From Macrostomum lignano (Eukaryota), in contig NIVC01000810.1 in NCBI GenBank assembly GCA_002269645.1, positions 108,620 through 172,619 on the forward strand: a stretch of 64,000 nt of DNA, in the 5' to 3' direction. A program made the position numbers and the translations under genes. The notes beneath the pieces were generated by a model. It saw nothing but the letters and a program-made list of their open reading frames with translations. It had not been told where the DNA came from and did no database searches. The first letter of the stretch is position 1, and each line of letters starts with the position of its first letter. Shown here in pieces: positions 55,701 through 64,000 of this stretch.

Positions 55701-58700
55701 ATTTTTAACTTCGCCTCCATTTTAACTTTGAACAGGCGCGTCACGGAACAGTTTCGTGACCTGATGAAGAAGGCAAAGAATCTTCTCGGCGCCGACGGCA
55801 AGAAGTTCCACGACATCTGGCTGATGAACGAGGAGGAGGCGAAGAAGCTTGCCGAGCGGCTACTGGACGCTGACCGAGTCCTGCACGAGCAGCAGCTGGG
55901 CATCCCCTGGACGGAGCCGGACTGCTCCTTCCTCGACAACGTCGGTCCCGTGGTGAGCGCCTCGGACCGAGCCAAGAGCGTCCCGGTGGCGCAGGTGGTT
56001 CGCGACATGCTCAGCCGCGAAGGAGGCGACGCCCCCGGCCTCGAGCAGCTCGGCTCAGTCGATGAGGCTCGCAGTCTGGCAGCCCGCGAGCTCAACCCGT
56101 CCATAGTTCGCTCCGTGCTCGAGTTGGTCTGCGACGAGGCCGGATTTCTTATCGAGAAGAAATTGAAGACCCTGCTGGCTCCGTTGGAGAAGGACGAGCG
56201 CAACCTGATGCAGCTGGACGCCGTGTTCTCAGCTCTGGGCATCACCTCCGAGGACGAGATCGACAAGATGCTGCCCTACTTCCTGCAGGATAGCGGCGCC
56301 ATCGACGAGGAGGACGAGCCGGAGGAGGAAGAGGGCGCCGTAGGTGGCGGAGGCTCCGAGGCGGGTTCCGGCGAAGAGGCGGCCGAAGAGATTCGACGCA
56401 TCGTGTCGCCCAAGGACGGGTCTCGCGTGACCTTGATTCACCCCAACCGGGTTCGACGGGCTCTTCGCGGCTTTGTTCAGGTGAGAATTCGATTATTATA
56501 ATTATTGCTAATAAGAGATTAGCGTGATATTCTTTTCTTCAATAGGCTTCATGAAAGATAGAAGCAGGGGGCTGTGTGCACCCTGGCGCACTTTAGGCGA
56601 CATTGTCGCACAACCAGCGAGAGGCATTGCTGCCCATTTCGCCGACTCCACTGAGCAGGCACGGATTTCTACGCAGTCATACGCACAGGCACACACTCAC
56701 ACAGGAGTGTACAGCGGCCCTAACTTTATTTATCGTTAGGCATGTACACTTCACTGTGCCTTGGGGGTTGGCCCTCAAGGGCGATAATTGCACGAGCAGA
56801 AAACCCGGCGAGAAATAATTGTCCTAGCAAAATCTGCAATTCTGCCAACTGTCATAACTATGCCAATTGGCACATTAACCGGTATGATTGTCTATCATAA
56901 ATAACTCTCGATGAATCCATTTTTGTTGCCAATAAACAATTATTATTTTATTTCTTTCTATATGTTTTTCATTTGCCATTTGACACAGTTGAGGGACAAT
57001 TATTTTCCAACGGGTACCCAAGCCGAGATTCCAATTTAGCCTCAAATTAATGCGACTGCACTTGGAATCGAGCCTGGACCGCTGCAAAATCACTGGGCTG
57101 CGGCCCCTTCTTCAGTAGTAGGCTTGAGCCCAATGTCAAACCCAACCACCGGTCACAAACTGCAGGAGCTGCAGCGCAGCCACCAGCAGCGCCAGCACCA
57201 GAGCCAAGGCGGCGGCCAGCAGTTCACCCTGAAAGATATCGAAGAGCGAGACGACTCAGAGGACGCTGCTTACTGGGCCCGCTACGGCAGCCTGATAGAT
57301 GAGGACAAGGAGGCGCTGTGGGACGCCCTGCTGGCTGGCATGGAGAAGTACAGCAGCGTGCTGCAGAGCCGTTCCAGCCTGTTGAACGAGACAGACGCGC
57401 TGCGGCTGCAGAATGCCGAGCTGAGGCACCTGCTGCAGCAATACGTCACCTCCAAGGTGAGTTTCAGCAGTTCAAATACGCAACAGCCTCAGGGCGAGGA
57501 CAGCTGAAGTACATGTAGGATGTTCGCGCCATAGCATTTAGTCAAGGACTACTCAAGTAGAAGGACGCTAGCGTCATATCATTTAGTCAAGGACTACTCA
57601 AGTAGAAGGACGCTAGCGTCATAGCATTTAGTCAAGGACTACTCAAGTAGAAGGACGCTAGCGTCATAGCATTTAGCCAAGGACTACTCAAGTAGAAGGA
57701 CGCTAGCGTCTTAGCATTTAGTCAAGGACTACTCAAGTAGATGGACGCTAGCGTCATAGCATTTAGCCAAGGACTACTCAAGTAGAAGGACGCTAGCGTC
57801 TTAGCATTTAGTCAAGGACTACTCAAGTAGAAGGACGCTAGCGTCATAGCATTTAGCCAAGGACTACTCAAGTAGAAGGACGCTAGCGTCATAGCATTTA
57901 GTCAAGGACTACTCAAGTAGAAGGACGCTAGCGTCATAGCATTTAGCCAAGGACTACTCAAGTAGAAGGACGCTAGCGTCTTAGCATTTAGTCAAGGACT
58001 ACTCAAGTAGAAGGACGCTAGCGTCATAGCATTTAGCCAAGGACTACTCAAGTAGAAGGACGCTAGCGTCTTAGCATTTAGTCAAGGACTACTCAAGTAG
58101 AAGGACGCTAGCGTCATAGCATTTAGCCAAGGACTACTCAAGTAGAAGGACGCTAGCGTCTTAGCATTTAGCCAAGGACTACTCAAGTAGAAGGACGCTA
58201 GCGTCTTAGCATTTAGTCAAGGACTTCTCAAGTAGAAGGACGCTAGCGTCATAGCATTTAGCCAAGGACTACTCAAGTAGAAGGACGCTAGCGTCATAGC
58301 ATTTAGCCAAGGACTACTCAAGTAGAAGGACGCTAGCGTCTTAGCATTTAGTCAAGGACTTCTCAAGTAGAAGGACGCTAGCGTCTTAGCATTTAGTCAA
58401 GGACTTCTCAAGTAGAAGGACGCTAGCGTCATATCATTTAGTCAAGGACTACTCAAGTAGAAGGACGCTATCGTCATAGCATTTAGTCAAGGACTTCTCA
58501 AGTAAGAGGACGGGAAACTACGCGTTTCATGGAAAGTTTTGGGAGGCCCAAATACATTGCAGAGAATGGAGGTTTTCATTTTTCAGTTCGAAATGTGTTA
58601 TTGCTTTTGGTATGAGGCAGACCCAATGGTCATATTTTGATATGACTTGCCTTTGTTATAGCTCTATTGGTATTCGTATATATTAAAATTTTTTTATAAA

Positions 58701-58810
58701 TTTAATAATGGGAGAGTTTTATCACGGGAGCTACAATATTAAACTTTCAGGTGAACCAGGAGCTGGAGATTCCTCCCACGCAAGTGATGCAGCTGGATCG
58801 ACTTGGCTGA
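52791..58810 (+). CDS. DRC1: Dynein regulatory complex subunit 1 (CCDC164)
   Basis: Exons 52791-52909, 53758-54049, 54405-55072, 55736-56480, 57166-57456, 58751-58810, in phase. N-terminal ERIQARRLRI, long coiled coil (ELKAKDELYVKELKKQ; FQLNLEKLEYNFQVLKKR), ELVCDEAGFLIE.KL..LL.PL, and C-terminal W.ALL.GMEKY..VL..R...QNAELRHLLQQY..SKVN.EL.IPPTQV. Confidence 0.88.
55148..55590. repeat. 31-bp minisatellite in DRC1 intron 3
   Basis: Unit gtgtgcttcctcggatgctcaggtgtgaggt. Confidence 0.93.
56575..57105 (-). mobile_element. SINE family 1 copy in a DRC1 intron, split by about 230 bp of other sequence
   Basis: The body at 56575-56800 and the head at 57040-57105 match 1975-2312. Confidence 0.6.
57533..58505. 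repeat. 45-bp minisatellite (about 21 units) in the last DRC1 intron
   Basis: Unit gcatttagtcaaggactactcaagtagaaggacgctagcgtcata, containing the palindrome gacgctagcgtc. Confidence 0.95.
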
Positions 58811-61764
58811 TTGACTGCTGATGGTCTATACGAGAATACGTATTTTTTTGAAAGGATGTGATGTACTTTTATAAAGTCTTGTAGGACAAAGGAACACATA
58901 CGTCCATACCAATTTGTTTAAATACATTCCAAACTTATTAAAATAAACAATGTTTTGCTACGTTACTGAAAATAAAATTTTCCTGTTTAATCTATTTTAA
59001 ATTATTTGTGGTCTTTGTAAGTCTTCAGTGTTATTTTTTATTTTCAATGCTTCCATCTGCATGTACAGAAAACCTTTGATTTTTTACAATTTATTTCCAT
59101 GCAGAAGACGCGATCACATGGGCAGGTGCGCCAAAAAGGTGGCACGAACCCCCCCCCCCCCCGACTTAGCATATTGATAGTCTGTCCGAGTACACCCACC
59201 CCCAGTTTGGCGGGCAGGGGTTTCAGTGCAGATGTACTCGCAATCGCTGGCTGCGTGCTGATTGGGTATTGGGTAGATAGATTTAAGTGATGTAACCGCC
59301 TTTGAGGCTCCGCGGGGAGGCGAACGTATGAACATAGGGGGGCCATGACCGTAGGCTGCCTATGACCGGGCAATGACCTGACGGACCTCCAGCACCAGAC
59401 TGTCCCGCCCACATAATTGATAGCTTTGGTAGCGCTTTCGTGACCAGAGGGCCAAGGACCCACATGGACCCCACCTGTAGCCAAGGTGCAATATTGGTCA
59501 CTCGGTCATAGCATGACCGAGTGGCTGCCACTACTCTATGTGACCTGGCGCACCTGGATCTCACTACCAGACCTCTCGAGGCTAGAGCCCCGCCTGGATT
59601 GGTTACCAGGGGATTTAGGCTAACAGGGGAGACGCATGCAGCCGAGTACAGGGACTCTGCTTGGGGCATGATCGGGAACTCTGGGCTCAATCCTGGAGGA
59701 TTTCTCAGCAGGGGATCCTTTGTGGCTGTGAGCGAGGCTGACTTGCGACTTTAATTACTAAGAGTAGTGTGAGACGAACATGTACTGTCTCTAGTTTAGA
59801 TTGCTCAGGGCGAAGGGACGCGTCAGCATGGGGTTGCAACCTTCCTACTGTCATTCTGTGCCAAGACCCGCTACTTCCCTCTACTGCACGCACACACGAA
59901 CCCGCAGCACGCACACACAGGCGGGCTTTGCACGGGAGAGGCCATTAGCTTGCCCAAACTTCCTTATGCTTTGCCACCCAGGTATAAAGGCTTAGCAAGC
60001 CATGAATAAAATGATAGTGAAAGTGTGAATAATGAGGAGTTTAGTAATCGTTAATATCAATAATTAGGCCCTTAGGCAAAATAATCAGGCAATTAGGCGG
60101 CTTCACTATTGAGTAAAAGTACAGCAAAAGATACGGTATCACAGTTGGCTCAGCTCTCTAATCAAGCAATGGAAAATAGGCAAACCCCGGATAAGCAAAG
60201 GCAATTAGAGCACAAATTAGTAATATGAACTTACCGGCAGCTGCACAGAGAGAGAGAGAGCGACGGAGTGACCGAGGGCGGCTGTTGACTGCAGACGGGC
60301 AGGCTGTGAAGCGGCGATGCGCTGAAGCGACGAGGCGCTGATGTAGTTCAGGCTGAAGATGCTGGGCGGTAACAGACCGTGGACCGGCATAGATTCGTCC
60401 TATAGACGAATGGGTCAGATCAGGGTCTGACAGTGAGTCCAAAGAAGGACCAGAGGAGAGCCGAAGTTAAGGTTCTCACGCCGAAAACCGCTTCCTTAAT
60501 AGCCTTCCCAGCCGCCGCTCCAAGGTCGTTTCCGTGACTCCCTCTCTCTGATTGGCTGCCGGTGAAATGACGTCAGAATGAGTCATGATGAGAAGCATGA
60601 GAACGGCATAGCAACATGAGAAATGGGGAAATTGCGCAATCCGGAGGTGGGGTGGGAGATAATTGGCGCAGCGGGAGGTCGAGAAAGTGTTGCGCAATCA
60701 AACATGGAGAATAATAGGGCGGGGGTCGAGAATAAAGGAAATGGAAATCGGGATAATTGGGGGAACCGAGAACAATAGAAAAGTAAACATTGGAGAGAAG
60801 GTGCTAATTGGGTGCGAAAAGGATAACAATAGAAAGAGAAAATCTAGGAAAATGTGATAATTGGGTGCGAAATCGAGAACAAAAGAATCAAAACCGAGAA
60901 CAATAGAAGCGGAGGTGGGGTGGGTGTCGCATGAGAAATCTTGAGAAGAGAACAATAGCATGAGAAAAGGTTGGGCAAGAGTGGGTGATGAGTCATCGAT
61001 GAATCATCGGGGGGAAGGAGGGGTCAGAGGCCTTACGTCACCGTTTGGGAATTTAATAGGGGATGGGGTGACGGTGCGCGCTAAGTACTTTTTGCCGAAA
61101 GTACTCGGCAAAAAAGAAGTACAATGTCCTAGAAATTAACAAAAACAAGTCAGAATAAATAAAGAAGAAAAACTCAGAACCTGCCTACTTATAAGAGTAA
61201 GAGGAAAGGAGATGTTATTTCGGGTTGCATCCTCAATCATTGTGATTAAGTCAGGCAGCGATAGTATGTCTATGCAGATGAAATACGCATTCTACTGCCT
61301 CAAACATTCTCAGGATCTTCTCTATTAAAGACTTTTCTCATCTCTGTACGACTTGAGCAATTGAATCCTGAGCAACGGAGCAGCAGTGAAAACCTTTCTA
61401 TCCGCGCGCATCTCCAAAGCAACCGCGATGGGGAGGTCGTGTTGTCAGGCAGCCTCCGTACCGGCGGAGAGAGGAACACCGGTTGAGCCATAAAGTCTCA
61501 ATTTTACGACTCTTACAATGATAGCATTTGATAGATTACCCCCAGATAGGCTCCCACACAGTCCATATACTAAAAATGGTCTGTCGGTAGGTAGGTATGT
61601 GATCGACCATTACCCTATCGCCTCTAAGTTGTTGTCAATAGCGACAGTACAGGCATGCCCGTTCATGTGCTGAGAGGTGGGAAGACAGACATAGAGAGTT
61701 CTGTCCGACGTAACGAGCGTTCTGCCTAAGTCTACCTAAGCAAAATAATTTTTTGTGATCCCAA

Positions 61765-64000
61765 CTCCGATCCTCTCCTGACCATCACTCCAAACCTCTC
61801 CTGACCATCACTCCGATCCTCTCCTGACCATCACTCCAAACCTCTCCTGACCATCACTCCGAACCTCTCCTGACCATCACTCCGAACCTCTCCTGACCAT
61901 CACTCCGAACCTCTCCTGACCATCACTCCGATCCTCTCCTGACCATCACTCCGATCCTCTCCTGACCATCACTCCGAACCTCTCCTGACCATCACTCCGA
62001 TCCTCTCCTGACCATCACTCCGAACCTCTCCTGACCATCACTTTGAGCCTCTCCGGACCATCACTCCGGACCTCTCCTGACCATCACTCCGAACCTCTCC
62101 TGACCATCACTCCGATCCTCTCCTGACCATCACTCCGAACCTCTCCTGACCATCACTTTGAGCCTCTCCGGACCATCACTCCGGACCTCTCCTGACCATC
62201 ACTCCGAACCTCTCCTGACCATCACTCCGATCCTCTCCTGACCATCACTCCGAACCTCTCCTGACCATCACTCCGATCCTCTCCTGACCATCACTCCAAA
62301 CCTCTCCTGACCATCACTCCGATCCTCTCCTGACCATCACTCCGAACCTCTCCTGACCATCACTCCGATCCTCTCCTGACCATCACTCCGAACCTCTCTT
62401 GACCATCACTCCGAACCTCTCCTGACCATCACTCCGAACCTCTCCTGACCATCACTCCGAACCTCTCCTGACCATCACTCACTCCGAACCTCTCCTGACC
62501 ATCACTCCGGACCTCTCCTGACCATCACTCCGAACCTCTCCTGACCATCACTCCGAACCTCTCCTGACCATCACTTTGAGCCTCTCCGGACCATCACTCC
62601 GGACCTCTCCTGACCATCACTCCGAACCTCTCCTGACCATCACTCCGATCCTCTCCTGACCATCACTCCGAACCTCTCCTGACCATCACTTTGAGCCTCT
62701 CCGGACCATCACTCCGGACCTCTCCTGACCATCACTCCGAACCTCTCCTGACCATCACTCCGAACCTCTCCTGACCATCACTTTGAGCCTCTCCGGACCA
62801 TCACTCCGATCCTCTCCTGACCATCACTTTGAGCCTCTCCGACCATCACTCCGAACCTCTCCTGACCATCACTCCGAACCTCTCCTGACCATCACTTTGA
62901 GCCTCTCCGGACCATCACTCCGGACCTCTCCTGACCATCACTCCGAACCTCTCCTGACCATCACTCCGGACCTCTCCTGACCATCACTCCGAACCTCTCC
63001 TGACCATCACTCCGAACCTCTCCTGACCATCACTCCGAACCTCTCCTGACCATCACTCCGATCCTCTCCTGACCATCACTTTGAGCCTCTCCGGACCATC
63101 ACTCCGAACCTCTCCTGACCATCACTCCGAACCTCTCCTGACCATCACTTTGAGCCTCTCCGGACCATCACTCCGGACCTCTCCTGACCATCACTCCGAA
63201 CCTCTCCTGACCATCACTCCGAACCTCTCCTGACCATCACTCCGAACCTCTCCTGACCATCACTCCGATCCTCTCCTGACCATCACTCCAAACCTCTCCT
63301 GACCATCACTCGAACCTCTCCTGACCATCACTCCGAACCTCTCCTGACCATCACTCCGGACCTCTCCTGACCATCACTCCGAACCTCTCCTGACCATCAC
63401 TCCGAACCTCTCCTGACCATCACTTTGAGCCTCTTCGGACCATCACTCCGGACCTCTCCTGACCATCACTCCGAACCTCTCCTGACCATCACTCCGAACC
63501 TCTCCTGACCATCACTTTGAGCCTCTCCGGACCATCACTCCGGACCTCTCCTGACCATCACTCCGAACCTCTCCTGACCATCACTCCGAACCTCTCCTGA
63601 CCATCACTTTGAGCCTCTCCGGACCATCACTCCGATCCTCTCCTGACCATCACTTTGAGCCTCTCCTGACCATCACTCCGAACCTCTCCTGACCATCACT
63701 CCGAACCTCTCCTGACCATCACTTTGAGCCTCTCCGGACCATCACTCCGGACCTCTCCTGACCATCACTCCGAACCTCTCCTGACCATCACTCCGATCCT
63801 CTCCTGACCATCACTCCGAACCTCTCCTGACCATCACTCCGAACCTCTCCTGACCATCACTCCGAACCTCTCCTGACCATCACTCCGATCCTCTCCTGAC
63901 CATCACTTTGAGCCTCTCCGGACCATCACTCCGAACCTCTCCTGACCATCACTCCGAACCTCTCCTGACCATCACTTTGAGCCTCTCCGGACCATCACTC
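61765..64000. repeat. 23-bp satellite running off the window end
   Basis: Unit ctctcctgaccatcactccgaac, with recurring variants (ccgatc, ccaaac, ttgagc, ccggac). Confidence 0.97.

Noticed and set aside
59000-61750. LTR- or LINE-5'-like GC-rich blocks with CCAAT/CRE/AP-1 motifs (also 9858-10400)
   Set aside because: They are probably repeat-derived, but I could not define termini, TSDs or coding motifs well enough to call them.

Overview
Repeat-rich eukaryotic (invertebrate animal) genomic DNA with spliceosomal introns. The style is compatible with a flatworm such as Macrostomum, but the species cannot be fixed from the sequence. Bases 1-43.2 kb hold a head-to-tail array of four paralogous multi-exon genes (A partial, B, C, D). 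I reconstructed them by hand, and the splice phases are consistent across all joined exons. They encode type I membrane receptors: signal peptide, F-type lectin (FTP/fucolectin-like) domain, 4-Cys linker, 3-5 atypical Ig-like domains and a TM helix. In A, C and D the tail carries tandem Tyr motifs of ITSM type (TEYATV, TLYLHI, TIYEKI). The paralogs are mosaic and in different states: C looks intact despite a 10.4-kb nest of LTR elements in a 46-nt intron, D has one premature stop, and B has a different TM and tail. The array is heavily invaded by Gypsy elements, solo LTRs, SINEs, fold-back inverted repeats and minisatellites, one of which is an amplified splice acceptor. Downstream are a bestrophin gene (minus strand) head-to-head with DRC1/CCDC164 (plus strand), then a 23-bp satellite running to the window end.
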